Assembly: GCF_000181795.1 (NCBI RefSeq) | Contig: NW_003526940.1 | Coordinates: 1,275,527-1,328,722 of the forward strand | DNA length: 53,196 nucleotides | Direction of reading: 5' to 3' | Source of the DNA: Trichinella spiralis | Taxonomy: Eukaryota | Shown: positions 26,185 to 38,124 of the stretch, piece by piece | How the letters are laid out: each line of letters begins with the position of its first letter | Numbering within the stretch: position 1 is the first letter of the stretch | Program-made: the position numbers and the translations under genes | The notes under the pieces: generated by a model | Seen by the model: the letters and a program-made list of their open reading frames with translations, nothing else | Databases searched by the model: none | Told to the model about the DNA's origin: nothing

Positions 26185-27180
26185 TTGTGTGCAACTTTTC
26201 ACTTCCTCTATGAAGTTTTCTTGCTTCTTCTTTGGCCTTTTCCTTTCTTCTTCAGCTTTATTAGCTTTTGATTTAGCGTTTACAGCCCATTCTTAAGCAT
26301 TTTGGTGTGCGTTTGACTTCTACAATTCACCTTTAGCATTCACGTTTCAGTGAATTCAACTTTCTTCAGGCTTTTTACCCTGTTCTTCAGCCTTTTTCAT
26401 TTGCGGGCAACTTTTCACTTCCTCTATGAAGTTTTCTTGCTTCTTCTTTGGCCTTTTCCTTTCTACTTTGGTCTTTTCCTTTCTTCTTCAGCCTTTCTAG
26501 CTTCTGCTTTAGCGTTTGCAGCTTATTCTTCAGCATTTTGGCGTCTGGTTGACTTCTACAATTCGTCCTTAGCATTTCTGCATTTTCTACAGCCTTTTCA
26601 CTTCTTTGCCGTTTTCACTTCTACTTCGACCTTTTTAGCTTTTTCTTTAGCCTTTTTCGTTTCCGTACAACTTTTTACTTCCTCGATGTAGTTTTCTTAC
26701 TTCTATTTTGACCTTTTCCTTTCTTCAGCCTTTCAGGTTTCTGCTTTAGCGTTTTCAGGTTATTTCGTAGCATTTTTAGCGTCTTTTTGGCATCTTCCCT
26801 TCACTCTTGAACTTTTTGCTTTTTCTTTAGCTTTTTCATTTCTTTGCATTTTCACTTCTTCTTTAATCTTTTCACTACCTGTATAGCTTTTTACGCTTCT
26901 TCTTCTGAATTTCTGGCTTTCGCTTTCACCTTTTAGCTTATTCTTTAGCGTTTTCGCTTCTGTTTGCCCCTTTCGTTTCTTATTTTGCAGTTATAACTTC
27001 TGTTTTGACCTTCTTTGCTTCTTCTGGGCAACCAGTATGCTTGTACACAATATTCCTAACGCCCTATTTGAAACCAACAAAGCAAAGCGATCTGTTTTTC
27101 ATCTTCCGCAGTAATTCAGACTCAGCAAACATGTCTCTAGCGGTGAATAGTTTATTCCTCTTTGTGGTGCCATGCCAAGT
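26185..27180 (-). pseudogene. Degenerate tandem-repeat Lys/Glu/Ala-rich coding-like sequence
   Basis: Unit CAACTTTTCACTTCCTCTATGAAGTTTTCTT recurs at ~26192, ~26408 and ~26668. Minus strand reads KEKAKEEA / EEAKKVK-type peptides with stops and frameshifts. Truncated by the N gap. Confidence 0.55.
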
Positions 27181-27877
27181 TAAAAATGTTCATAACTGAG
27201 CCGGCTAGTATGTAACACAACGAATGATCAGTTGAGTGAGGGTGTGTGCAAAGCAGTCTAATTTCTTCTGTTATTCCAGAAAGAAGTGTAAATAAGGGAA
27301 CTTACATACTAAGTGGAAAGTTTAGTGATCTCTTTCCGTTTAGGAGATCAATGATGATCTTTTTAATTTAACCATATTCAGACGGTATCAGTAGGGAAAA
27401 CAATTCTTCTATAGCAGTGCGTGAATTAAAGGTTAAAGAATGTCACAAATAATGAATAAACCGTACTGGTTAACGCACACAACGACTCCATTTGCCATCT
27501 TATTATACACACAGTGATACTGTAGAATTTCTCTGCACTGTAGTTACTGACAAGCAAGTAAAATACACAAACCAAAGTGTTTCAAACAGAATTATCTTTT
27601 ATGAATAAGCAATTAATATGTAAAAAGTAAATTATTGGCAAATATTACGCATGTGGGAAAACAAATTTTATAGAATCTTCAATGAACGACATATTCAAGG
27701 AAAAAACTACAAAATGCAAAACAAGGTTATTTTCATCTACCGTATATAGAAAATCAAGTATGACTTTTGTAGTAGATACTAAAGTTATATACTTTTGTGG
27801 TAGAAATTTTTAGATGACGATTCGTTTTAGAAGCAAACTAAATAAAATTGATGAATATATTGAAGTTATTAACAACT

Positions 27878-28164
27878 GGTTTGGTACTACTCGGTCCCGC
27901 TTTTCTCTCATTGGTCATTACCCACGCTATTTTATTGGACCGTCAAATCTTAATCACAACTGAAGAGTTTGAATCAATGAGCAATTAGACAAAAAAAACC
28001 AATGCGCCAAAGACTTCACTGAGGAATTAGCCAAGAAAAACCATTCCGCCAAGGACTTCCCGGCCAAATAAAATGAAAACCAATACACCAAAGATTTGAC
28101 GGTCTAATAAAATAGCGTGGGCAAAGACCAATGAGAGAAAAGCGGGACCGAGTAAAACCACCCC
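27878..28164. mobile_element. Mutator-type MITE, 287 bp, ~74-bp TIRs, 10-bp TSD
   Basis: 27878-27951 is an imperfect reverse complement of 28091-28164. Flanked by ATTAACAACT at 27868-27877 and 28165-28174. Confidence 0.9.
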
Positions 28165-28207
28165 ATTAACAACTAGCATCTTTACAGCTCTAAACATGAA
28201 ACTTTAT

Positions 28208-30690
28208 TGTTCGAAATTATTTGGAAGCGACCAAGTGGCTCTGTACTTGAATTCAGATTACAGTTGCTTGTGCTACCTTTAGGTAGTAGAATGGATGAGT
28301 TGGCAAGGAGAGGTGTGTAATCTGTGCTGTAGTGCCAATGATAAACGTTTTGTTTTGTGTTTGTGTTTATTTATTGTGTAGTGAATTATCCTTCCACCTT
28401 TGTATCCGTTCCTAAGCTTGCACCTTCGTTCAATAAAATGTGTTTCTCCCAGTTTGTATTGTTTTGTGTCACGTTCAGAGGCAAACATGAGTCGGATTGC
28501 GGTTAAGTGACCATTGTTGATTTTAACCATTTCTGAATAAAAATCACAGTCCACTAGCATTCAATCGATAACAGTTTTGCCGCTAAGATTCTGTTCCTCT
28601 GAGCTGGATTGTGGCACAGAAGTTAGACAGTAGACAAAGAGTAATCCGCTTAATTTGACGTGCGCTCATTGTTCAAAACGATTCACTATGAAGACCGACA
28701 CTGGCGAACAAAGTAGAGGTTTGAAGGGTGAAACTTCGTGACATGGTCGATGAATTGGCGCAAATCTGCGATGAGGAGTTATATCTGGACGACATCGAAG
28801 AATTGCTGGAGGCAGTGGATGCCTTTTATGATAAGACGTTAGAGTTGCAGCTTCAGTTGGAAGCTGCTCAGTGTAAGAAGGCCGCTCAGTGGCGTACACT
28901 CTATGGCTGAATGCAGAAGGCCCTCTGAGCGGTGCGCGCCAAGTTCTGACAGCTCGAAGCTACGTAACCTGAGTTCCACGTCAAACCTGAACCCCCTGAC
29001 CGCAGTGGCATCAGTAAGCCACAGGTGAGTGAGAAGTTGCCAGAACCGAAGCTTCCAGTGTTGTCAGCCAAGATGCTCGAATTCCCAGCCTTTTGGAATC
29101 GTTTCCAAGCTGACGTCTACTGTTGTGAAGATTTGAAAAACACAAAATTTACTTGTCTGCTGGCGGGGCTTTCTGCGGACGCTCTGACGGCTATCGAGGG
29201 GATGAGTAATTCTGTTGCATATTACCCGCATGCCGTCAAATTGTTGAATTCAGGCACTATTGTTCAAGAACATCTGAAGGCATTTTGGGATGTCAAATAA
29301 CGCACTTGGGCTTTAGTGCACGAGATCACGAGCCATGTGTGATGCCTCACTGAGCTCAGCAAAAACCCTTTGAGCAGGATTTGACCGCAGGCAAATCCTT
29401 GCTGTCCTACTTGAAAGAGAAATTTCCCCATGAGAATCATTTCGCATGGGATTCCCATACTCGCATACTCACAATCAGGGGTGGTGTGAGACTCAACCTG
29501 CAGGAGTTCCTCAACTTCACCCAAAAAAGGCCGCTGTGAGGCGTGCAGCGGTTGCCCCCTCAGAAAGAGAAAGCATCATCACTCTGGACAATCTGAGACG
29601 ATGAGAAGTTGGAACAGTCTGTCAAAAGTCATGCAAACTACGTCGGGAGAAGCGGTCGATGAGTGCAATTGAGAAGCTGAAAAGCTTTGGTCAGGGGAGA
29701 GAAACTCAAAAGACTGTGGAGTTTCTCTGTTCTTCCGTAGATGTCGTCTGCGATTTCTGTCAGAGACAATACACGCTTTCGGGTGTGATCGAACTTGAGA
29801 CAGGCGAGTCCCCAGACGCAGCAGGAAATAGCAACCCCTATCGACTCTGCTAATTCTGCTTCAAGCCTGGGCATTTATTTTCAGCCTGCAAGCGCAACCG
29901 ATGAAAGAAAAGTCCATCTGCAAGACATGTCGGTCTGGTGGTTACTGTTGGCACTTTCAACCCTGAGAAGAGTAGTATACCCCACTTCTTAGTGCAAGTC
30001 TCCTGCCGTTGCGATAATGCAAACCAACCTAGTTTCGGAAAGGCGGTGACAGTTCAACCACTTTCATACAATCCAAGCAAAGGCATACGGTGCTGTAGGT
30101 CCTGGAGTGGCATTGATGTGTTTGTTGGACACAGGGGTTAAGTACTCGTTTATCAGGCATAATGTTGCGTTAGCATTAGGATTGGTGGGGAAGGTCAGCC
30201 AATGATGGTTGAAGGCTTCAGTGGTGCAACCCGTGAGCATCCCAGTTCTCAGGTGGTTCGGCTATTCCTAAGTTGGGTTAACGGCGGCCAGAGTACAAAG
30301 CGCAACCCCATGGAGGTGCTGACCATGCGGAGCCTGTGCCATCGCCTTCTGGTTTCAGGGACCCGGCTGGCCAAGTAAGTGGGAACAGTTGGAATTCTAG
30401 GATCTTATCTCTGATGACGACTCATCAGATGAAGTGCATGTCATGACTAGCATCGATTAATACCATCAGCTTTTAGGTAATGTGATCTGATGGGGAAGGC
30501 CCGGTAAGACCTTGACCAACGTTTTAGTGTGCTGCTGTGATTAGCGCTACAGTGGAGCTGAAAGTTGTAGACTTGCTCTGACGTTTTTGAGAGACTGAAG
30601 GTATGGGCGACTCTCCTAAAAATGGCTCAGATGCACTCGATCCAGAGAAGCGATTTCGAGAAGGGCATTTGTTTGATGGAACTCGCTATT
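28208..30690 (+). mobile_element. Decayed BEL/Pao LTR retrotransposon (5' LTR 28208-28588, PBS, gag, protease)
   Basis: LTR begins TGT and is homologous to 33802-34182; degenerate PBS TTCTGTTCCTCTGAGCTGGAT follows. DUF1759-like EFPAFWNRFQADV..KFTCLL..ALTAIEG, knuckle LC*FCFKPGH, protease CLLDTG..YSFI (~30120-30150). Confidence 0.85.
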
Positions 30691-31739
30691 CAAAATATGA
30701 AATAATAACTGGCTATGACCAAGATATTAGAGGTTGGGAAATCGGTCCCGGTAACGTTGGTAATGTATTTGGAGACGTCATTTTTAAATTTAGCGATTGA
30801 ATGAGTATATATCTAATAATACGGCCGCATCAAGTGGTTGCTGACTCCCATTTAATTATCATCTGTAGCGCCCCTATCTGCGGCAGATAGTTTTCCAATC
30901 TGGCAGGGGTACCGCAGGTGGACAACAATCTTATTTGTAAAATCTTTCAATTAAATCTAAAATGATTTCTATTGAATTAATTTTGCTCTCATTTCTACTC
31001 ATCAGATCACATATATAATATGCTACTCATGTTTGAATCAATTAATTATTGGTCATTATATTATTATATTATTTGTGTAATTTATCATTAAAATGTTTGC
31101 AATTTCGTTGTGCTTTGTTGTTGTTTTGTGTTGAAGCAATTTTTCAGCATGTCGAATGCAGATTGGCACTCCGTCGACCAATGACATTTGGCATCCTTTT
31201 TGAACAGCCAGTTCAATAGGGACGTGATGATCGACAATCTTTTTTTAAATCTTCCTGCAATAAGTGTAAAATGACAATGAGGATTTTCAATATAAACATG
31301 ATGCTTGCGTAAAACTCTTTATTAGACAGAAGAATATACTAGTCAAAAATAGTTGATGAATATGACAGAAATAAAAAAGTAAAAAACGAGGTAGAGAACA
31401 GAAAAACACACTGATAAACGAGATTCAAACGAATATGTATATATATATAAGCTTATGAAATAACAGAGCAGCTCAACTGGTTTCAGAAAATCAAGGGATT
31501 CTGCCGTGGCCTTTATCATTTCTTTTTGTCAAGTGCGCAAAAATGTTTTGATTTAGAAAGACTAGGAATAAGTTTCAAAATTCTATGCGATGAATTATAT
31601 ACAGTAATTGATGCAAGAGTCGTCTTTCCAAAAAACGTAAACCAGAGTAAAATTACACAGAAAACACAATTACAATGAGACGATGAAGCTAGCCAGAGCG
31701 TTGGACAACCTGGAGGCAATCACTCAGAACAGATATGAT

Positions 31740-33140
31740 ACCATAAGGAAAGCTAGTTTTCTTTTTATCTGCCTCATCCAGTAACCACTACCCATGTCTA
31801 TGCTCAAGAAACATTTCATGGGCTGCAGGACTTTTCGTGTGTCATCAAATTTCAAAAAGGGTTGTCCATCTTTAAACGGTTTTGATTTTCATCGGAGTTT
31901 TCAGGGCTGCTGAAACGTCAGCAGCGGTTAGTCGACGCAGAATCTGAATGATCCGTCCTTCTTTTTCATAGGAACCATCGGGTAAGACCACGGTTATGAT
32001 GATGGCTCACAAAGCCAATTTTGGTGCATTTCCTGCATCAATTGCTTCACCATGTGCCGCTGATGGTACGTCACCCGCTGCAGAGGCCTCTTCATGAGAT
32101 GAGTTTCTTTCGTTTTGATAAAGTGGCAGATGATGTTGGAGTTCCTTTCGTAACACTCCTAATACTAATACAGTAACAATTTCATTTAGCAGCTGTCAGT
32201 AGGCATCAGAGCACTGTTCTTTCCAAGGCAACATTTGCATGCCCTGATAATCTTCTTCTGGTTCAGTCGATGGTGCTCAAGTGGCCGCTGAGCAGAGGAT
32301 TATTCACAATGGTAAACAGCCTTTGCCTCACTTCTAATCGCGGGGACCGTGTTAGAGACAGGCACTGGCGATGATACCACGTGAATATTTTGTGCATTTC
32401 ATTTGCATCCATTTCTGAACTATCGGATGAATTCGGTGGTCCGCTGATGATTGAAATGATTCCATCGGTGGTATTCTGAACTTCACTGGGAAGCGGCGAT
32501 CGCCTTAGACACTCTGCCTGAATTTTTAAGTTCTATTGACATTTTCTGATTTCGATTTCTGAGTCAATCAATCTCCATCTTCAATCGATTCTTTAGTGAA
32601 GTCACTGAACTGCTAGCTGTTCTTGGTTAGGTATTCCACTGGACGTGTCGCACCACAGCAGACCCGACTGACTTACTGCTTGTTTGTTTCGCTGACGGCA
32701 AACGGCCTTTTCGTGAGAACCGACGCTCGAAGTGGCTAGTGTTTGTGATAGGCAGTTTTACTCACGCCCTCTATGAAGTACCTCCTTATCCACAGTGGCA
32801 TCAGAGAGGAGATCACGCGGGCTGGAAGCGAATTCATCCAGGATGGTTTGTTACACTTAGGACGCAGCGCATGGTGACCAAGAGAATGGCATCAGCGTCC
32901 AATGAGAAAACATGGTGAAATCGGCGTCCTTCGTGGATCATCATCGAACGTTATGAGCTGCAAGAACTGCTAAACTTTCTTTAACCAGTGCTTCAGGTCA
33001 GTTCAGGGACTGAAATCCTCAGTGCAGCAGTAGCATCAAAATTGCGGTGAAATTTCCATGAACTGTTTTGGGACTGGTGCTGATCTCACCGCATTTGCCA
33101 ACGTAACGTTTCACGCGTTACGCTGACACGTTCCAACTGT
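31740..33140 (-). mobile_element. Decayed Ty3/Gypsy retrotransposon (gag and RT N-terminus)
   Basis: Minus strand EPSS*PWSYPMVPMKKKDGSFRFCVD* at ~32008-31928 is the Gypsy RT N-terminal motif. Multiple stops. Confidence 0.8.
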
Positions 33141-33801
33141 GACGTCAAAACAATAGCATACTGTACTAATACTAATATTAAGGTACGTAATGAAGACCGT
33201 AATTTGAGCAGATTTTTGATCAACCGTTAAAATTAGAAGCTGAATATTTTAATTCATTTTAATAAAAATAAACTTGAACAATAAAATGAATAATAAAAAA
33301 TAAAGAAGAAAATAAAATAAGATGCTATGATGATATATAAATATATTCCAGTTAGTGATTATTAGCATCCACTTAAAGAAATTTATTTTAATGTAATTCT
33401 AATTTCCAGAGTGTTTGCAGTTATAATAGATATATTTAGAAAAAGTGACGTATGAACAACTGTATTAACATAGTTGTTGTAAACTGAGGTACAGTATGCA
33501 CCTGATTATTTTCAAGACGGTAATGACGATACATAGTGAATCTGGTAGACTTATGTGGTGGTCGCTGGTTGCGTGATGTGTCTGGTTGTTTTGTTCCTCA
33601 GGGTTAGTTAGTCAATTGTTTTACTGTCTCGGTGTCAGTGTTTTTTTCCCACGTGTTTGAGTTTTGCATTGAATATACGGTGTGAGCAATAAACTGAGCT
33701 GTTATGATTCAGGTTCTGTTGTGCATGGGAGACAATTGCGTGGGGACGAAAGACAGAACTGGCTTTTGTTGTTGTAAATTAATCCAAATTAAATGATCTA
33801 T

Positions 33802-34182
33802 TGTAAAATAATTGCTGGCGCACCTAATGGCTCTGTACCTGAATGCAGGACATGATTGTTTTCTGTAGTCTGGGAAGTTTGACTGAGTAAGCAGGGAGAA
33901 GTTCATGATCTATGACTGATGCCAATGATAAACATACTGTTTTGTGCTTTTGTTTTTTTCATTTATTGTATTGTGACTTATCCTTTCACGTTTGTATCTG
34001 TTCCTTAGCTTGCACCTTCGTTCAATAGACTGTGTGTTTATACTAGTCTGTACTGCTTTGTACCACGCTCAGAAGTGAACGCGATTCAGATTTCAGTTAG
34101 GTAAGCATTGTTGGTTTGACCAACCGCTGAATAGAAATTACTGTACACCGGCTCACAGGCGACAACGGTTTCATCGCTAACA
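33802..34182 (+). mobile_element. BEL/Pao LTR (381 bp, TGT...ACA), same family as 28208-28588
   Basis: Shared blocks GGCTCTGTACyTGAAT, TGCCAATGATAAAC, GCTTGCACCTTCGTTCAATA and CGCTAA. Both copies are 381 bp. Confidence 0.85.
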
Positions 34183-34467
34183 ATTATGTTTGTTCAGAAT
34201 CATACATTCGAAGCGACCACATCCTTTATTTTTTTCAGCATGTCACATACAAATTCACATCTCTTCATCCCCATTGTGATAAACTGAATATGTAACATCG
34301 GCAATTGCAACGTTTCATCTCATTACTTCAGTGTTCGCTGTTCCATACATTCATTCTTTACTATGCCTGCATATTATTAATATGGTGGAGGTGGCCTATG
34401 AATAGAAAGTAGCATACATAGATGTATTCTATCTTTAATCAAACGTAATATTCACAACAAAATGTAG

Positions 34468-35330
34468 TGTAACAGCTGACCCTGCGTCATACCAGGTCTT
34501 TTACCGATGTAGAATGGAGTGAATCAAGATTTATAATAATATCGACACCTAGTAATCTATAATATGATGCACCTACAGTAGTTGTTCTGACACGAAATAT
34601 ATATGTGTATGTTTAGAAATAGATATAAAAGTAAGGAGAAGTTGCTGATATTTTGTCCTGTCTTTCTCATCTAACATCAACACATGGAGGAATAAGCAGT
34701 TTTGCAGCATTTCATAGAAGGTGATTATGAGCCGTCTTTATGCTAATCTCTTCCCATCTTTACCATTAGTTCTGTGGAAAAATTCTTTTGCATGTCTGGG
34801 CTGCTGAAACGTCACCAGGCTGTTTTGAACAGATGCTAAGTTTTACTTAAGAAAGTGATGCTTTGAGCACAGTCATGGAGGTGCATGCCGTGAATCTATC
34901 ATTGCTACTGCGGTGCAAACACGTTGAAGTGCGAACCTAACCAAGATGAGTTAGTAGTTCAACGACCTCGCAAAAATACTGGCAACTTTTTAGATTCAGA
35001 TACATTGATGAAATTATGTCTGGCAGGACTAAGCCATTTAATGAGAAGGTGGGAAATGATCACAGCATTCCCGAAGATGTGGCAAATGAGAATAACCTCC
35101 GCAACTGCAGTTGGTATGCGTTTATGCAGTGGGCCTGCGATAAGTCATTCCCCATTAGTTGTTCAAGCACTTCTATGCTTACTAGGATGGGAATTCTCTG
35201 AAAATGCTAATATTTAGTCTGTTTGATCAGGGAATGTCTCCTCAGTATGACATTAAAGGTACTATTAGAGTGGTGATAGGGTGAAAGCCATTTATCTTCG
35301 TGAAGGATCCTTTTCTCAGCAGATTCAAAA
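34468..35330 (+). mobile_element. Possible internally deleted Gypsy element (LTR 34468-34684, PBS-like TGGAGG, integrase remnant)
   Basis: TGTAAC...CAACACA is followed by TGG. Frameshifted PKMWQ..NNLRNCSWYA resembles an integrase H2C2 region. Confidence 0.4.
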
Positions 35331-35409
35331 TCGAAAGAAGACTGGCTTAATTAGCTTAGCATTTTGCAAAGTTGCACATGATTGTTGCAAACTTGCCCTT
35401 CACATGAAA

Positions 35410-35750
35410 CATTCCACAAATCAGTTTCTTTCGGTAATGCCAACGCTGTGTCAAACCACCGATGACATCCGTCGTTGGTTCACGGTGATTTGAATTGTAA
35501 GGCGCATCTGACGAAGCTCTTCCTGTTAGAAAATGGGATGGGGTCAAAGCACTCAAATAGCTGACGTAATCTCAAACGAAAGTTAAGGAACGAGCATTTA
35601 CGATTGCTTCAACTCCGCACAGGACTGACTCCGTTAAATTTTCTTCGTCGAGTGATGCTCTACCAAGTACTTTCCCTAACGCTGTCTGCACCAGATCTAC
35701 TTCCGTCGTTTGATGGGAGGTTACCTGACACGATCGATCTGAACGGTGAG
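35410..35750 (-). mobile_element. BEL/Pao integrase C-terminal fragment
   Basis: LGKVLGRASLDEENLT..LCGVEAIVNARSLTFV..ALTPSHFLTGR, typical of BEL/Pao integrase. Confidence 0.85.
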
Positions 35751-36184
35751 TTGACGGCTTCAGGTAAAGCGTTGTCACCGGGCTATTCTGAACTTATCCG
35801 CGTCCCAATTTCACCAAACTCTGCCCCCCCCCCTATTTGTGATTGGCTTTTTGCTGAGAGATTGTACGGGGGTTGATTGGTAATTGGTTAATGACTTCTG
35901 CTATTTTATCAGCTAATCATTATGATAAGTGATTGAGTGAATAACTTTTGCCATTTGATTAGCTATGAAGCTTTGGTCTATGATTGGGTGATTGTTGCGT
36001 ATCAACGTTTTTCCAAATATGAGTGCATTTTCATTTATTTACGTTATATGGACCTAAATAATCATTTACCATTAAAGAACCGTTTTTAAGATATGGAGTA
36101 AGCTAACGTTTTGTGAGCGTTAGCTAACTTTTACTGCGTAAAGGAATTGTAACAATAACAAAGTAAATATGCATATGACTGATA

Positions 36185-36927
36185 CACTGGAACTCTGATT
36201 ATCCGTTACTCGATTATCCAAACTACCGATTATTCTAACACTTTTTGGTCAGACAACCTGCATTTCACTAATACTGTAACATTCTGTTGTTGCCTAATTT
36301 TTATATCTGGTATATGTACTACCAGAAAGAGAAAGGTTTTGAGTTTAGAACAGAAGTTAGAAGTTTGTGAATTAGTGGAGAGGGACGAGTCGCTCAGGAA
36401 ATCTGCTAACAGTTTTGGTGTGGGTCTGTCCATAGTTCCAGACATCTATTGCAGTCGACATCAGCTAACTGACTTTGTGTTGCACGTGGATACTTCGAGT
36501 AGCTGTTCTACACGAAAATCGATGAAAACAAGCATCAGCAGAGCGTTTGATTCAGCAATATGCTTGTGGTTCCTCCAGAAACGTGCACTTGACCAACCAA
36601 TAAGTGGTCCCATTTTGCAAAAAAAAGCTCTAGCTTTCAGTACTAAGCTAGAAGTACTGAAATTTTGTAGCCAGTTCAGAATGGCTAAGAAACTTTAAAA
36701 GTCGGCATTCCATACGCGAGCTTAAAATTCCTGGTGAAAAGCTGTGCCGCAAAATTTACAGGTCAAATAACGTCACATAATAAACAGAATGTCTACTCTT
36801 CCGCGTCTAATTAAGAATAACAGTTATAAACGATTCAATTACGTACATACATTTAAAAAAATTGAAAACGTCTGATTATCCGAAGGACCCTCAAGAAGCG
36901 AGTGTTCGGATAATCAGAGTTCCACTG
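36185..36927 (+). mobile_element. Internally deleted Tigger/pogo DNA transposon
   Basis: TA|CACTGGAACTCTGATTATCCG ... CGGATAATCAGAGTTCCACTG|TA. ORF ~36320-36698 has Psq-type HTH (RKRKVLSLEQKLEVCE) and CENP-B HTH (WFLQKRALDQPISGPILQKKA); no DDE domain. Confidence 0.92.
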
Positions 36928-37439
36928 TATTTAACTTTTCTACATTTGCTCACTCTTTGTGTGCATATTTTAAAGAACAGAATTTAATAAGATGCCTTGC
37001 AGTATTTGAATATGGCTTTAAATAAGTGGTCATATTAGTCTGTAACATATACATTAGTTTTAGGTATCTATAAATTCTTTAGCTTTACATTTCATTGTTC
37101 ACATAATAACTTGGCTTTTGTAATTTTATTTCTGCACCTCTGTGCAAATCAGCAGACTGCTTTGCATAGAAACTTCTGCTTTTCGCTACAAGCGCTTCCC
37201 AATTGGCAAATATATAGTATACAGCTTCATATTACAACAACATCCAACAATCAATAAACATCAAAAACAACCAATAATTAACAACAAACAAATCTGAACT
37301 ATAATACAATACATACAATGGACAAAAATGAACTATAGAATAACAATAAATAAAATATATACAACAATGTGCTATAATTGTACAGGGGCAAAAGTATGAT
37401 AAGATATGGCACTTAAAAATGTTCTATACTGATTTCATT

Positions 37440-38122
37440 GCAATGTAATCTACCCGTAAGCGCAGCTACCCGTCGGTACTGGATTCCGTAAACTGCGCTA
37501 CGTCTTACGGAGCCCCTTCCCCGCGTATAACCATCATCCATTTACCGCAACATCCGTCTCAGTTTTACCCTGCTCATCAATGATTAGTTGTAGAAACTGA
37601 TAGAATCCCTGTTCACGTGATCCACAGTTCATGCGACTGTGACAACCTTCCATGTTCATAATGGTTGTTGGTCCGCAAAGCCACACCATGGATATTCCAA
37701 AGCGGAATTTTAGTAGCTGAAAGCCATTCTCGCTGGAAATACTCGAATAAAACTTCCATTTGAGATTTAAGATTTCGAAACCCGCAGGTACAAGATTCAC
37801 CGGCAAAATGCTCATGCCATCAGCATTTTCACTTTTTTTCTTACTTCCTGATTATGAATGCAATCATTTCTTAAGCCAAGCCGGCCAACATGCCGAAGCA
37901 CAGCTTGGCAAAAATGGAAGAAGCAACCTTGCACCCAGGTGTTGGGAAAGTTGCCTTGAATAGCCGGGATTAAAGCTGTTTCGAAATCACAAACAAATTT
38001 CGCCGGATCAAGTAGGACGCCAAGTTCTTCCGCTTTAAAATGGAGCACTTCAAATATTCGGCTATAAGTGGGCAGATCTTTCCTAACAGTCAAACAATAT
38101 ACGACGGGTAGCAGTTTACCTG
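37440..38122 (-). mobile_element. MULE (Mutator) transposase remnant
   Basis: FVCDFETALIPAIQGNFPNTWVQGCFFHFCQAVLR, containing the MULE D..CxxH motif. Frameshifted and 5'-truncated at the BEL junction. Confidence 0.88.
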
Positions 38123-38124
38123 AA

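Noticed and set aside
27990..28100. Three spaced ~22-bp repeats superficially like a CRISPR array
   Set aside because: Eukaryotic DNA, degenerate units inside a MITE, no cas genes.
33475..33755. Additional TGT...ACA LTR-like segment with AATAAA
   Set aside because: No TSD, PBS or second copy; support is insufficient to call.
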